This document shows positions 36,552 through 46,646 of a DNA stretch of 51,045 nt, in pieces; positions within the stretch are counted from its first letter, which is position 1; every line of letters starts with the position of its first letter. The notes under the pieces are model-generated. The model searched no databases. It was not told where the DNA came from and saw only the letters and a program-made list of their open reading frames with translations. Position numbers and translations under genes: made by a program. The stretch is from a virus. Lineage: Duplodnaviria > Caudoviricetes. The DNA is taken from IMG/VR virus record IMGVR_UViG_3300011412_000009, positions 1 through 51,045 of that record; one strand, written 5' to 3'.

Positions 36552-36983
36552 ATGGACCATAACAGCCCGAGTTTACCAGATATTCCGATCATGAAAGAAA
36601 GCAACGTCAGGCCGATGCCACTGTCGGTGGCCACGCGCATCGAGGTGGTGTGTAACGTCATCGCGGACGTGCTGCACAACGCCTACCAGGTGCAGGCGGG
36701 GTTGCCCCCGACCAACTTCAACTCGCTGCCTGGGGACGTCCAGCGCGTCTACGAAGGCATGGCGCGGTTGGCCGTGGTGCCGTTGTTGGACGAGAACGCC
36801 CTGAAGGTGGCCGAGGGGAAGGCCATCGAGAGCGCGGCAGGCATCCTGCTGAACTACCTCAACGAAGACAATATGGTAGAAGCCGAATTTGTCCCACCAG
36901 AGCGGTGGGAGTATCGCGTCACGGCGATCGTGCGCTCGGCCATTGCCGTCTACCAGAAGTCGCTGATGGAGGTGCCAAGGTGA
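36552..36983 (+). CDS. Hypothetical protein
   Basis: Purine-rich RBS; GTGA overlap downstream. Confidence 0.55.
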   Translation: MDHNSPSLPDIPIMKESNVRPMPLSVATRIEVVCNVIADVLHNAYQVQAGLPPTNFNSLPGDVQRVYEGMARLAVVPLLDENALKVAEGKAIESAAGILLNYLNEDNMVEAEFVPPERWEYRVTAIVRSAIAVYQKSLMEVPR

Positions 36984-37300
36984 ACCGCATTTTCGTGTTC
37001 TGCAACAACTGCTCCGGTGATGGCGATTGGCACGAGTTCACCGCGTTGTCCGAGGATGGCGTGTTTCTCGCTGGTCATATCTGCTCACATCACGCCTATG
37101 GCCCTCACGATATGGGCGTGATCGAAACCGGCTGGAAGCGTGATATTTACGCACGTCACTTCCCTGACGGGTTCACGGTTGAGATGGTGGATAACCCAAA
37201 GACCGATCAAGACGTGCAAGCCGCCTACGCACGTCACTTGGCCATGACGAAGGACGAGTATCAGGCCAAGATCGCTAGGCTTCAAGAGGTGTCCAAATGA
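36980..37300 (+). CDS. Hypothetical Cys/His-containing protein
   Basis: Overlapping start and stop codons on both sides. Confidence 0.55.
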   Translation: MNRIFVFCNNCSGDGDWHEFTALSEDGVFLAGHICSHHAYGPHDMGVIETGWKRDIYARHFPDGFTVEMVDNPKTDQDVQAAYARHLAMTKDEYQAKIARLQEVSK

Positions 37301-38247
37301 GTCCGTTTACGAAGGTGGGCGACATCGCCCCGGTGGCCCTGACCCGTATCTCCCCTGCGCCACGGCCGATGTTCACCGACGAACAAGTCGAATTGATCAA
37401 GCGGACTATCGCTCCTGGTTGTTCCGACGACGAGTTGGCGTTGTTTATCCAACAGTGCCAGCGCACCGGACTCGACCCTTTTGGCCGGCAGATTTATGCC
37501 GTGAAGCGATGGGACAATCGCGCTGGCCGTGAAGTCATGGCCGTGCAGGTTAGCATTGACGGGTTTCGGTTGGTTGCGGAACGGGCTGGCGACTACGCCG
37601 GTCAGCAAGGTCCCTTCTGGTGTGCCCCTGACGGCCTCTGGCGGGACGTGTGGCTTGATAAAGACCACCCGGCCGCAGCCAAGGTTGGGGTGATGCGCCG
37701 AGGCTTTACAGAGCCGCTGTATGCGGTGGCGCTCTGGACGGAATACGCCCAGAAGAAGAAGGACGGGTCGCTCATCGGCATGTGGACCCGGATGCCGGCG
37801 CTGATGCTGGCGAAGTGTGCGGAGTCCCTCGCCCTGCGGAAAGCCTTCCCCCAGGAACTCAGCGGCCTCTACACGGCCGACGAGATGGCCCAAGCCACGC
37901 CAGACCGTGAGCCGGAGTTGATGGCCGTAAAGGCCACGCCAGCGCCTGAGGATGGCCAGGTGCGCGTGCTCGAGGTTGGGCCTCCCGTGAAGGCGGGGCA
38001 ATTCTTCTTCGCCCCGGTGACGCTGACAGGCGGCGTAGTGGTCCGAGCCAAAGGTCAGGACGCGATCGCGCTGTGCCGGGAGTTGGCTTTCGACCAGTCT
38101 CCGATCGTGGTGGAGACGAAGCCGGTGCCGAAGTCGGACGGTACGCAGTCCGAGCAGATCGTGGAGATCCACCGAGTGAACGCGCTGCCGACCGCACCTG
38201 AGGCACCGCCAGAAGTTGAGCAGGCGCTGGGCGAGATCCCGTTCTGA
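37297..38247 (+). CDS. bet: Single-strand annealing recombinase, Bet/RecT family
   Basis: DDELALF...[26 protein letters not shown] and W..MP..ML.KCAES.ALRKAFP motifs. Confidence 0.92.
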   Translation: MSPFTKVGDIAPVALTRISPAPRPMFTDEQVELIKRTIAPGCSDDELALFIQQCQRTGLDPFGRQIYAVKRWDNRAGREVMAVQVSIDGFRLVAERAGDYAGQQGPFWCAPDGLWRDVWLDKDHPAAAKVGVMRRGFTEPLYAVALWTEYAQKKKDGSLIGMWTRMPALMLAKCAESLALRKAFPQELSGLYTADEMAQATPDREPELMAVKATPAPEDGQVRVLEVGPPVKAGQFFFAPVTLTGGVVVRAKGQDAIALCRELAFDQSPIVVETKPVPKSDGTQSEQIVEIHRVNALPTAPEAPPEVEQALGEIPF

Positions 38248-38585
38248 TGGCTACCGTCCGTGAGATGGTGCGGCAGATTCAGGTCGAAGTGCGCGGCGGG
38301 GATCTACCGCCAGACCGCGCCAGAGAAGTGCTGAACACGCTGACCTCGCTGATTGGGAACTGCAACGACGAGTTGCGCGAGGCCGACATGAATTACAACG
38401 TGGTGCTATTGAAGCACCTCGACACGGACGAAGCCGCCAACCGCGCCAAGATTCGGGCTGAGACAACACCGGAGTATGCCAGGAAGCGCGAGGCGAAGGA
38501 CACGCTGACGCTGGTGATCGAGATGGTGCGCTCGCTCAAGGTAGTGCTCAAGAGCCAGCAGGAGGAGATGGGGTTGACGCGATGA
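38247..38585 (+). CDS. Helical hypothetical protein next to bet
   Basis: TGATG coupling; coiled-coil character. Confidence 0.6.
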   Translation: MATVREMVRQIQVEVRGGDLPPDRAREVLNTLTSLIGNCNDELREADMNYNVVLLKHLDTDEAANRAKIRAETTPEYARKREAKDTLTLVIEMVRSLKVVLKSQQEEMGLTR

Positions 38586-38791
38586 CGGAGTACTACCACG
38601 ACGTGTGGTGCAATGCCAGCCGCCAATTGCCGATGGGAAATCCTAGCTGTTCCTGCGCGATGTATAAGCGTGCGAGACGGGCTGAACAATTTTGCGAGCA
38701 CAACGCTGGTATCAGGGTTTGCGAGTGTCCTACCTGTGAAATAGTGCGCGTGCAACTACGTGAGAATGTGTCCGATGCCAGCCAAGTCTAA
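38582..38791 (+). CDS. Small Cys-rich protein
   Basis: CSC and CECPTC motifs; ATGA overlap. Confidence 0.45.
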   Translation: MTEYYHDVWCNASRQLPMGNPSCSCAMYKRARRAEQFCEHNAGIRVCECPTCEIVRVQLRENVSDASQV

Positions 38792-39080
38792 GGCCGAGAT
38801 GCTCACACGCGCACAGCAGAAGTCCCGCCAGGCGCGGCAGGACGCCAAGGCCCGCAGAGCTTGCACGGATCAGGTCTGGGGTGGGCATGACGTGCAGCAT
38901 GGCAACTGCGCGAAGTGTAGGCGGTTTGTGCTGCGGTCCAGCGTGACGCCGTGGGTGCTAGGGCATGTCCACGAGAAGGTGCCCCGCTCGTTAGGTGGTG
39001 ACCCTGCAGACCCAGAGAACACAGAGTTGTTGTGTTTTGTTTGTCACCAACACGCGCATGGATTGAAGGTCGCGCCATGA
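38775..39080 (+). CDS. HNH-like zinc-binding protein
   Basis: CAKC...HVHE..PRSLGG.....N..LLC..CH..AH motif. Confidence 0.7.
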   Translation: MPAKSKAEMLTRAQQKSRQARQDAKARRACTDQVWGGHDVQHGNCAKCRRFVLRSSVTPWVLGHVHEKVPRSLGGDPADPENTELLCFVCHQHAHGLKVAP

Positions 39081-39370
39081 AGAATTGCGTGCGCCTCGGC
39101 AAGTGGAAGCCCTGCCTGATCGATACCTGCACCACCCTAGTACTGACCGCTGGCGGCCGGAAGCGCTGCGACCCCTGCCAGAAGGTGAAATGGGCAGAGG
39201 ACTCCAAGGCGCAACGGAAGAAGAAGGGACTGCCGCCGTTGCCTGATGTGCCAGAGTCGTCGTTTCTGATCGAGGCGCGGTTTCAGCAGGCGCTAAAAGA
39301 GGTCCAGTCCCGGCGTGGCGAGCGCGAGATTCTGATTGGTTGGGCGTCTCCGCTGTCGAGGATACGCTAA
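39077..39370 (+). CDS. Small Cys-containing protein
   Basis: C...C and CDPC motifs; coupled to neighbours. Confidence 0.45.
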   Translation: MKNCVRLGKWKPCLIDTCTTLVLTAGGRKRCDPCQKVKWAEDSKAQRKKKGLPPLPDVPESSFLIEARFQQALKEVQSRRGEREILIGWASPLSRIR

Positions 39371-39549
39371 TGAACGCCCTCCCCAAGTGCTGCGTCTGCG
39401 ACCTCCCCGGTGCCGTCCTGCGCCTGCAGTATGGCGAGGTCGGGCCGTGGTGGCTACACCCAGCGTGTTGGATCAAGGTCAGGTCCGACTTTCCGGTGGA
39501 GACGCCTGAGCCGGTGGATGAGAGTAAAGAGGAGTTGCGGAAGGAATGA
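39370..39549 (+). CDS. Small zinc-finger-like protein
   Basis: CCVC...LHPAC motif. Confidence 0.45.
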   Translation: MNALPKCCVCDLPGAVLRLQYGEVGPWWLHPACWIKVRSDFPVETPEPVDESKEELRKE

Positions 39550-40003
39550 CAATCGTGCTACAACGTGGTCGGCCCGAAGCGTTGCTGCTCCGAGCCGACC
39601 TACCGTCTTCGTGCTGTTGGCGGACAGCGACGAGTGGGCGACCCAGTTATACCACGGGTGGCCTGTTTCTCTCTACTCCCCCACAACCTGAAGCGGTCAC
39701 GCCGGTCCATCTGGACTATAGGTGGAGCCGAGTGCTGCGGTCCTTGGCGGCGAACGAGCAAGGACACTTCGGTAGCGACCCTGAAGCGAGTGGGCAACGT
39801 TCTCAACGAAACGACCCGCACAAATGCACGGCTGAGAGGCTGATAGCCAGGGGTCTTGTTGCGGTAGAAACGAGTCAGCGGGTAGACACGCAGGCGCGTG
39901 CCGCTGAGGGGCAGGGACCGCAGACGCTGAAGACGGGGGATAGAGGGCCGCTGGTTGTACCGTCAGCCATGCAGGGAATAGCCGTTGTTTGTACAGAGGC
40001 TTT

Positions 40004-40405
40004 ATGCTCTTTGTAATTGCGCCACAACAATTCGAGCAGGATTTCCAGCAATTCTGGGCCGTCTATCCCTGCCACAAGGCACGGAAACAGGCGGAGAAGG
40101 CGTGGCAGCAAGTCAGAGCGTCCCAGCACCTCCCGGCCATCCTCGAGGCCATTGAGGCGCAGAAGGCCGAGCGGGCGGCTCCAGGGTGGCATCCCGCGTG
40201 GCCCTACCCTGCGAGTTGGCTCAGAGCCGAGCGGTGGACCGACGACGTGGTCATACCAGTCAGAAAACGGCTGGACGGGCGTACCGACAGCGATCCCTGT
40301 CCTATTTGCGGCTACCCCGACCCCCGGCACCACAGCCGGGTGCAGTGCAACCAGTTGTGGCTCGAGCAGCAGCGTGGCGGTCCTCCTGTGGAGCCAGCGT
40401 CGTGA
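40004..40405 (+). CDS. Protein resembling the C-terminal domain of phage replication initiators
   Basis: F..FWAVYP.HKARKQAEKAW and PYPASWL...RWTD motifs. Confidence 0.6.
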   Translation: MLFVIAPQQFEQDFQQFWAVYPCHKARKQAEKAWQQVRASQHLPAILEAIEAQKAERAAPGWHPAWPYPASWLRAERWTDDVVIPVRKRLDGRTDSDPCPICGYPDPRHHSRVQCNQLWLEQQRGGPPVEPAS

Positions 40406-41196
40406 GCCCATTAGCCATTGATCTGTTTTGTGGGTTGGGTGGTTGGACCGAAGGGTTACTGGCCGAAGGTTATCGGGTGGTCGGCTTTGACATTGAGCAG
40501 CACGTCTACGGCGAGGCTCGGTATCCCGCGCAGCTCGTGCTACAGGACGTGCTGACTATTCATGGCTCGCAGTTCAAGGACGCCGCGCTGATTGTGGCCT
40601 CACCGCCATGCCAGGCATACAGCTACCGAGCGATGCCGTGGAAGCGTGCGAAGGCGTTGCCGCCGCCAGACAACTCGCTATTTGAGGCGTGCTTTCGGAT
40701 TCAGGGTGAAGCGTGTGATGCGGCAGGGAGGCATATCCCGCTCGTGGTGGAGAACGTCAGAGGCGCACAGCCGTGGGTGGGGCGTGCTCGCTGGCACCAC
40801 GGGAGTTTTTATCTCTGGGGCGATATTCCTGCGCTCATGCCGCTAGTGCTGACGCATCCAGCGAAGCGTGTCGGCCATGACTGGAGCCGATTTGCGAAAA
40901 CCGGCGAGGTGTCTCCACACTGGCGACTCAACGGTGAGGATTCCGTGAAAGTGTATCCGCAATTCGCAGTGGCCACGGGTATCAAAGGAGCGGATGGCGG
41001 CTGGTTTAACGACAACAAACGTAAAGGCGGCATGGAGACAGGCCGGCTGAGTCGTTCAGGCAGCAAGAGCAGCGCCCGTAAGGCCGCATCGGCGCACATT
41101 GCGAAGATTCCGTTACCTCTGAGCCGTCACATTGCTCGAGCATGGTATCCAGCAGAAGTCGTAGGTTGGGAGCGGGAAGGGGCACAGGCGCGATGA
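40402..41196 (+). CDS. C5-cytosine DNA methyltransferase-like protein
   Basis: Motif I IDLFCGLGG, motif IV SPPCQ, motif VI ENV. Confidence 0.8.
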   Translation: MSPLAIDLFCGLGGWTEGLLAEGYRVVGFDIEQHVYGEARYPAQLVLQDVLTIHGSQFKDAALIVASPPCQAYSYRAMPWKRAKALPPPDNSLFEACFRIQGEACDAAGRHIPLVVENVRGAQPWVGRARWHHGSFYLWGDIPALMPLVLTHPAKRVGHDWSRFAKTGEVSPHWRLNGEDSVKVYPQFAVATGIKGADGGWFNDNKRKGGMETGRLSRSGSKSSARKAASAHIAKIPLPLSRHIARAWYPAEVVGWEREGAQAR

Positions 41197-41513
41197 CCTA
41201 CGCACGCAAGGTTGATAGCACGCACAAGGCCGTCGTGGAGGCGTTCAGGGCCGCTGGGTGGCACGTTCTGGCAACCTTCAGGCTCCCCAACGCCCCTGAC
41301 CTGTTCGTGGCCAAGGCTGGGCGTACCGTGGCGGTGGAGGTGAAGGGGCCAAAGACGAAGGTCACGCCGGGGCAGCAGTCCTGGCACGCGGACTGGCCGG
41401 GGGATACCGCGATTGTGCGGACAGTCGAGGACGTGTTGGAACTACACCGACGAATCTCATATATGCCTTCTGTTCAACGAGTTACGCATGGCATCGAGGT
41501 GCTGACGACATGA
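41193..41513 (+). CDS. PD-(D/E)XK nuclease (VRR-NUC / resolvase-like)
   Basis: APDLFV.....VAVEVK....VTPGQ motif. Confidence 0.8.
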   Translation: MTYARKVDSTHKAVVEAFRAAGWHVLATFRLPNAPDLFVAKAGRTVAVEVKGPKTKVTPGQQSWHADWPGDTAIVRTVEDVLELHRRISYMPSVQRVTHGIEVLTT

Positions 41514-42202
41514 GCCGCTACCCGTCCGTGATTGACGAGGTGGCCACGCTTCAGGCCGTGCTGGACGGCAGCAGCCTCGCCCGGTTTGGGGATGGGGAGT
41601 TGAACCTGGCTCGTGGACTGGACATTCCCTGCCAGCGGTGGAGTGCCGGTCTTCAGCATCGGCTGATGGGCATCTTGGAGGACTCCGGCCGGTGCTTGGT
41701 GGGCATCCCAAACATCCACTCGGCAACCCCGAAGGCGGTCTTCTGGTCGAAGTATCTGACGCTCGCCCCTCCACTTCTGGCTGATCGGGAATACGTCAGC
41801 GCGTTTATCTCCCGGCCTGACTCGGCCCCGTGGATCGACACGCCGGTCTATTGGGACGCCCTCGAGATGCTCTGGGCCGGGAAGGACGTGACGCTGGTGC
41901 GCGGCGACAGCCTGAAGGCGCTCTCCCCGATTGACCTCGACTCCGCGAAGTCCATCCGCACCATCTTGGTCCGCAAGACCAACGCTTTCGCGTGCTACGA
42001 CGAGACGCTGGACCTGATCGGCCGTCCGTCTGGGCCTGTGCTATTGTGCGCGGGACCGACCGCGACGGTGTTGGCCGTGGATCTCTGCGCTCGAGGGGTC
42101 CATGCGGTAGACCTCGGGCATGTCGGGGTCTTCCTCCGCAAGCACCGACGTGGCGACATGGCGACCAGCCTGACGCCGGCTGAAAAGGCGAGGGACTTCT
42201 GA
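41510..42202 (+). CDS. GT-D fold glycosyltransferase (DUF1792-like)
   Basis: SLARFGDGE, AFISRP and GPTATVLAVDL...G..AVDLGH motifs. Confidence 0.85.
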   Translation: MSRYPSVIDEVATLQAVLDGSSLARFGDGELNLARGLDIPCQRWSAGLQHRLMGILEDSGRCLVGIPNIHSATPKAVFWSKYLTLAPPLLADREYVSAFISRPDSAPWIDTPVYWDALEMLWAGKDVTLVRGDSLKALSPIDLDSAKSIRTILVRKTNAFACYDETLDLIGRPSGPVLLCAGPTATVLAVDLCARGVHAVDLGHVGVFLRKHRRGDMATSLTPAEKARDF

Positions 42203-42271
42203 TGGTCCCTCCAAACGGCCTAGACAAGAAGCCTGTTTTCTAATGACTCCCGGTGCAGTGGGCGACATGAA

Positions 42272-42631
42272 ATGGCGATGATTCGGCGTGCGAGATACAT
42301 TATGACGAATTGGGCCAGCCGTCCGTCACCTGGAGGATGGGGCGTTACCTTCTCGCATAATTGGACCTTTATGAAGGTCTTACAGGACGTTCCAGGCGCG
42401 GCGTGTTGGCGCTGCAAGAAGGACTATCGGCGTGGCGACAACCTTGTCCACATCGCCATCAATTCCGAAGACATATTGAAGCCCGAAGAGATCTACCACT
42501 ATCGCTGTATTCCTCCAGCGCGGTGGCACTTCGGCAAACTTGCCGGGTCGCTCCCGGCTTGGGACTTGCCGTCCGATGAGTCCCCTGCTGAAAATGCAGG
42601 CACGTCATCGGCGGCGGGTCCGACTTTATGA
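42272..42631 (+). CDS. Hypothetical protein
   Basis: CWRC...HYRC motif; ATGA overlap downstream. Confidence 0.4.
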   Translation: MAMIRRARYIMTNWASRPSPGGWGVTFSHNWTFMKVLQDVPGAACWRCKKDYRRGDNLVHIAINSEDILKPEEIYHYRCIPPARWHFGKLAGSLPAWDLPSDESPAENAGTSSAAGPTL

Positions 42632-43236
42632 CGTGGACTCCCCCACCTGTCTGGTCTGTGCCGAAACTGTGGCCGGGTGAGCGGTGCTTTGTGCTCTGCG
42701 GTGGCGCGAGTATTCAGGCGCAGCGCGAGTTGATCCCACAACTCCCCGGCAAGGTTATCGCGGTCAAACACGCGGCCCTGCTGCGGCCTGACGCGGACGT
42801 GCTGTTCTGGGCTGGCGAGCACGCTGAGACGTTGGCCCCGCCTGTCCTGAAAGCCTTTCGAGGCCGGTATATCGTCGTCAGGGGCAAGGGCCATCCGGTC
42901 TTTCCTGTCGAGGCCAAGCGGGTGGGGCGACCCGATCGCCACTACGAGTTGTGCGACAATCCGTCACTCGTGTCGGGCTATGACGCGGGCACGTCTGCGA
43001 TTAACCTGGCCTACCACTTCGGGGCGACGACGATTATCCTGTTGGGCTACGACATGACCGGCCCGTCTGGCTCACCAGGAATGCCTCCCCCGAAGGAAAG
43101 CGTGTTCCAGACGCACATGCTGCCGCTGCCGCTGATTGCCGCCGATGCCGAGCGCAAGGGGATTCGGATTGTGAACTGCTCGCATCTCAGCCGGGTGGCG
43201 TGTTTTGAGCGTGGCCGGGTGGAGGATTTCCTGTGA
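42628..43236 (+). CDS. Maf/DUF115-like glycosyltransferase-fold protein, paralogue of 10930-11559
   Basis: VLCGGASI, AINLAYHFGATTIILLGYDM and IVNCS motifs. Confidence 0.6.
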   Translation: MTWTPPPVWSVPKLWPGERCFVLCGGASIQAQRELIPQLPGKVIAVKHAALLRPDADVLFWAGEHAETLAPPVLKAFRGRYIVVRGKGHPVFPVEAKRVGRPDRHYELCDNPSLVSGYDAGTSAINLAYHFGATTIILLGYDMTGPSGSPGMPPPKESVFQTHMLPLPLIAADAERKGIRIVNCSHLSRVACFERGRVEDFL

Positions 43237-44201
43237 ACGGCTCAGCGAAAGACTATGCCTTTGGGCAGAAGAATAACTGGCGTAGGACTGTCTGGAATGA
43301 CGTGCTCAGCCGCACAAGAGGTCTAGAGAAGACCCACCCCGTTTTATATATGCCTGGACCGGACGACATCGACAGAGACGTTGCAGCGTGTAAGGGGGTG
43401 CCAAGTAGGAACCTGATAGCGATAGACCGCAGTTTCAGTAATGTTGCCAACGTGAGGCGTACCAAGAACCCAGCAGTCTGCGCTGATGTTTTTCGGGTGT
43501 TGAGCGCTTGGCCTGTGGATCGTCCCGTATGCGCGATCATGCTTGATCTGTGCTGTGGGATGACGATGTATTTAGCGAAGGAATTACAGGCATTACTGTT
43601 GCGACAACCCTTCTGGGGCGCGGCGGTGATGGTAAACATGATGCGTGGCAGGGACGCAGAGACGAACGAGATCAGGGCAGTATTGTCGCGCTGTGGTGCG
43701 CTACGTATGGCGGCTGACATGGTAGGTCAGGGATACTTGTCAGACAAGCACAGGGGCTTGTGTTTGACGGTCTGGAATGGATCGAAGGCGTGGGCCTCGT
43801 GCGTTCGTGTCAACGCTGGGGATTGGGAAGCGGCAGCGGATCAGATATTTTGCAGCGATGAAGATGTATGGAGGCTGCTCGACGGACGGCATTTCAAGAT
43901 CGCTGGGTGCGAGTTCATCAGCCGTTCTGAGGAAGTGAGAGATAAACTTCATGAGTTGGCCGCTGCTAAGATGGCAGTCAGAGAAAAGCCCAGATATTAT
44001 ACCTACCGATCCGGTGTCCTCGTTTTTGATTCTGTCGTATTGTCCAATACCAAGGTCGGCGGTCTACTCCCACGGGAATACGTAGATAACCTAGATGAGA
44101 GATTGCAACTTCAGAAGGACGGTAGAACATCGAGGAAAGTGAGCGCGATGCTGGCCGTGAGAACTCAACGGTCGAATAGAGGCGCGGCATGGAATACATA
44201 A
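43233..44201 (+). CDS. Hypothetical protein, possibly divergent methyltransferase fold, lower GC than flanks
   Basis: VLYMPGP..ID, LIAIDR and IMLDLCCG segments; many AGA/TTA/GTA codons. Confidence 0.5.
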   Translation: MNGSAKDYAFGQKNNWRRTVWNDVLSRTRGLEKTHPVLYMPGPDDIDRDVAACKGVPSRNLIAIDRSFSNVANVRRTKNPAVCADVFRVLSAWPVDRPVCAIMLDLCCGMTMYLAKELQALLLRQPFWGAAVMVNMMRGRDAETNEIRAVLSRCGALRMAADMVGQGYLSDKHRGLCLTVWNGSKAWASCVRVNAGDWEAAADQIFCSDEDVWRLLDGRHFKIAGCEFISRSEEVRDKLHELAAAKMAVREKPRYYTYRSGVLVFDSVVLSNTKVGGLLPREYVDNLDERLQLQKDGRTSRKVSAMLAVRTQRSNRGAAWNT

Positions 44202-44401
44202 AACTAGGCACCGTCGCGCAACAAGTGACGGACGGCGAGACGACCAGTGCCGCCGTTGTGGCAGCGGTCACGGCTGATACCCTTCGCGTGGTCAACGTCA
44301 AAGGCTTGGTCCTGACCGCAGCACAGGTGGCCAGTCATCTCAGCGGGGCTGTGGACGGCGACACCTTGACCTGGACGTCAGCGAATGTGTGGCCGGGATG
44401 A
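44189..44401 (+). CDS. Hypothetical protein
   Basis: Short ORF within the operon. Confidence 0.4.
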   Translation: MEYIKLGTVAQQVTDGETTSAAVVAAVTADTLRVVNVKGLVLTAAQVASHLSGAVDGDTLTWTSANVWPG

Positions 44402-44574
44402 TGATCGACTGTGCGCCAGCTTTCTGTTATATCGGCATGGCCACGTCGGCCATTATTGGCGTGCTATACGTCTGCGTCCTCTGGTGTTATGCCGTGGGAG
44501 CAGCGGAGGCGTTTATAGACTGGAACCGTAGACGTCTTCACGCCAATGACATCACACGGGAACGTCGGTCATGA
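44398..44574 (+). CDS. Small membrane protein
   Basis: One transmembrane helix; ATGA overlaps. Confidence 0.4.
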   Translation: MMIDCAPAFCYIGMATSAIIGVLYVCVLWCYAVGAAEAFIDWNRRRLHANDITRERRS

Positions 44575-45116
44575 TTCGCCAGTCCGACCTCATCTCTGAT
44601 GAATATCTCGACCTTCAGCGGGCCATGCATGCTGCCAAGTTACCCTACGGCAACCGTGGGGCCGAGTGGACGCAGACGGTGCTGGAAGTCGCCAAGCGGT
44701 ATGACGTGGGGTCGATACTGGACTACGGATCAGGCCACGGGCGGCTGGCGTCTGCCCTCCGTGAGCATGGCTACTCGGTGCGGGAATACGACCCCGCCAT
44801 CGAAGGGAAGGACGGCCTCCCGTATTTTGCGGACCTCGTCGTGAGCACGGACATGCTCGAGCACGTCGAACCGGACAAGTTAGACGCCGTGCTGGCCCAC
44901 ATGCGGCTGCTGGCTCGCAAGGCCGTGTTTGTGGTCATCTCCACGCGGGAAGCCCAGCGGGTGCTGCCGAATGGGAAGAACGCGCACCTGATTATCCGTG
45001 ACAAGCACTGGTGGCGGCAGCGGGTGGAGCGGTCTGGCTTTCGGTTGCGAAAGTCGCCGCGCACCATGCCGAAGGAGATGCCCTCGAAGTGCTGGATCGG
45101 GACGCTAAAGCCATGA
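44571..45116 (+). CDS. Class I SAM-dependent methyltransferase
   Basis: ILDYGSGHG, YDPA and DLVVSTDMLEHVEP motifs. Confidence 0.85.
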   Translation: MIRQSDLISDEYLDLQRAMHAAKLPYGNRGAEWTQTVLEVAKRYDVGSILDYGSGHGRLASALREHGYSVREYDPAIEGKDGLPYFADLVVSTDMLEHVEPDKLDAVLAHMRLLARKAVFVVISTREAQRVLPNGKNAHLIIRDKHWWRQRVERSGFRLRKSPRTMPKEMPSKCWIGTLKP

Positions 45117-45829
45117 GTTGTGGACGTTACGCCACTTACGCTGACGGTGCGATAGGACCTCCTGGCTGTGACCTCACGGTCTGTTGCCTCTACGTCCAAG
45201 GCGAGTATCCCTACACGCCTGCCTACGTCTACAACCTCGAGGCGATGGTCACGCGCTGGATTGACCGGCCCTTCCGGTTTGTCTGCCTGACAGACCAGCC
45301 GTGGTTGTTCACGGACCTTGAGACGATCCCCATCCAGAAGTTGCCGGGCTGCTTTGCCTACTGGAATAAACTGCAACTGTTCGACCCGAAGCGCGAGTGG
45401 TCCGGCCGCTTGCTGTATCTCGATCTCGACGTGCTGGTGGTGGCACCGCTGGCCCCGATTATCGACTACCCTGCCGAGTTTGCGCTGACGGACGACCCGC
45501 CGTATGTCAGGCCGAAGGGCCGCGACAAGTATGGGCGTAAGATCTTCCGCAAGTTCAACTCCAGCGTCATGGTGTGGGATGGTGGCACGCAGACGCACCT
45601 CTACACGCAGTGGGTGCCTGACATTGCGAACACCTACTCAGGCGACCAATGCTGGCTAGGGCTGAAAGCCCATAGGGCGGTCGGAATGGATAGGTCTTGG
45701 TTTCCAAGGCTCTCTGAAGTAACGAATCCCCCGTTTGGACAAGCTAAGGTTATCCTCTCTAAATCCCCGAAGAACGATCTTGCTGTCGGCCGGTATCCGT
45801 GGTTTTCAGCCTACTGGGGTGCGGCCTGA
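45113..45829 (+). CDS. GT-A fold glycosyltransferase (GT8-like)
   Basis: FVCLTD, WNKLQLF, YLDLD (DXD), FNSSVM and GDQ motifs. Confidence 0.8.
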   Translation: MSCGRYATYADGAIGPPGCDLTVCCLYVQGEYPYTPAYVYNLEAMVTRWIDRPFRFVCLTDQPWLFTDLETIPIQKLPGCFAYWNKLQLFDPKREWSGRLLYLDLDVLVVAPLAPIIDYPAEFALTDDPPYVRPKGRDKYGRKIFRKFNSSVMVWDGGTQTHLYTQWVPDIANTYSGDQCWLGLKAHRAVGMDRSWFPRLSEVTNPPFGQAKVILSKSPKNDLAVGRYPWFSAYWGAA

Positions 45830-46413
45830 TGGGCATCCTGAAGGAGCCGGCGCAGTTCGTGACCGACCTGAAGTTACCGGCAGGCTTCAGCGTGTGCGAG
45901 TTGGGCCACCAGTTCATGGCGGGTGGTGAGTTGGACGTGCCTGCCTCGGAGTTCTACAAGCGGCTGGGGTGCGGACGGTATGAGTCGGTCGACGCCAACG
46001 GCAAGGGCACGGTCACTGCTGATCTAAACAGGCCCTACGTGGCCTTTACAGGAGGTCCAGGGTTTCATACGGACTTCTTCGATCTCGTTACTGACTTCGG
46101 CACAGGCGAACATATCTTCGACCAAGCCCAAGTGTGGCGCACCATTCACAACCTGACCAAGCCCGGTGGCTATATCGCCTTCGACCGGCCTTCGCAGGGC
46201 TACAGTAAGCATTGCTTCTACCTCATCACGGCTGGCTTGATTCACGACCTCGCGCTGGCGAATGGCTACGTCATCATGCGGCTGGAAAACAAGAAAACCC
46301 CTCGCGGCCAACTCCTACGCGGGGTGCTTCGCACGCCTCGTCATGCGCTCCCATTCCAGCATCCCCAGCAGGGGCGCTATCAGTCGAGTCTCAAGATACA
46401 GGTGGCAGGATGA
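45829..46413 (+). CDS. Class I SAM-dependent methyltransferase-like protein
   Basis: VCELG, Y.SVD.NG, FDLVTDFGTGEHIFD and KPGG motifs. Confidence 0.75.
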   Translation: MGILKEPAQFVTDLKLPAGFSVCELGHQFMAGGELDVPASEFYKRLGCGRYESVDANGKGTVTADLNRPYVAFTGGPGFHTDFFDLVTDFGTGEHIFDQAQVWRTIHNLTKPGGYIAFDRPSQGYSKHCFYLITAGLIHDLALANGYVIMRLENKKTPRGQLLRGVLRTPRHALPFQHPQQGRYQSSLKIQVAG

Positions 46414-46646
46414 GCTACCGAATGTCTGAAGTGATCAAGATGACTGGCGCGGCAAGATCGCAGATCGAGTTTTGGACTCGCTTCGATTGGTTGCCAGACG
46501 CGAGACATGGCGGTGGAACTGGTAGGCATAGGCGATACACAGACGCCGATGTGTCTGCAATCCGTGCGGCGATCAAGTTGTATCGAAAATACGGCCAATC
46601 CGCACCAAGGGCTTACTTTCTTAAGAACAGTGGAGCCGAACAGTGA
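46410..46646 (+). CDS. MerR-type HTH protein
   Basis: YRMSEV.KMTG.....I.FW....L......G.HRRYT..DV motif. Confidence 0.8.
   Translation: MSYRMSEVIKMTGAARSQIEFWTRFDWLPDARHGGGTGRHRRYTDADVSAIRAAIKLYRKYGQSAPRAYFLKNSGAEQ

Noticed and set aside
39546-40016. 156-aa ORF as a real gene
   Set aside because: It has no recognisable motif and atypical composition, and the region has several stems. It is treated as probably non-coding, though not excluded.
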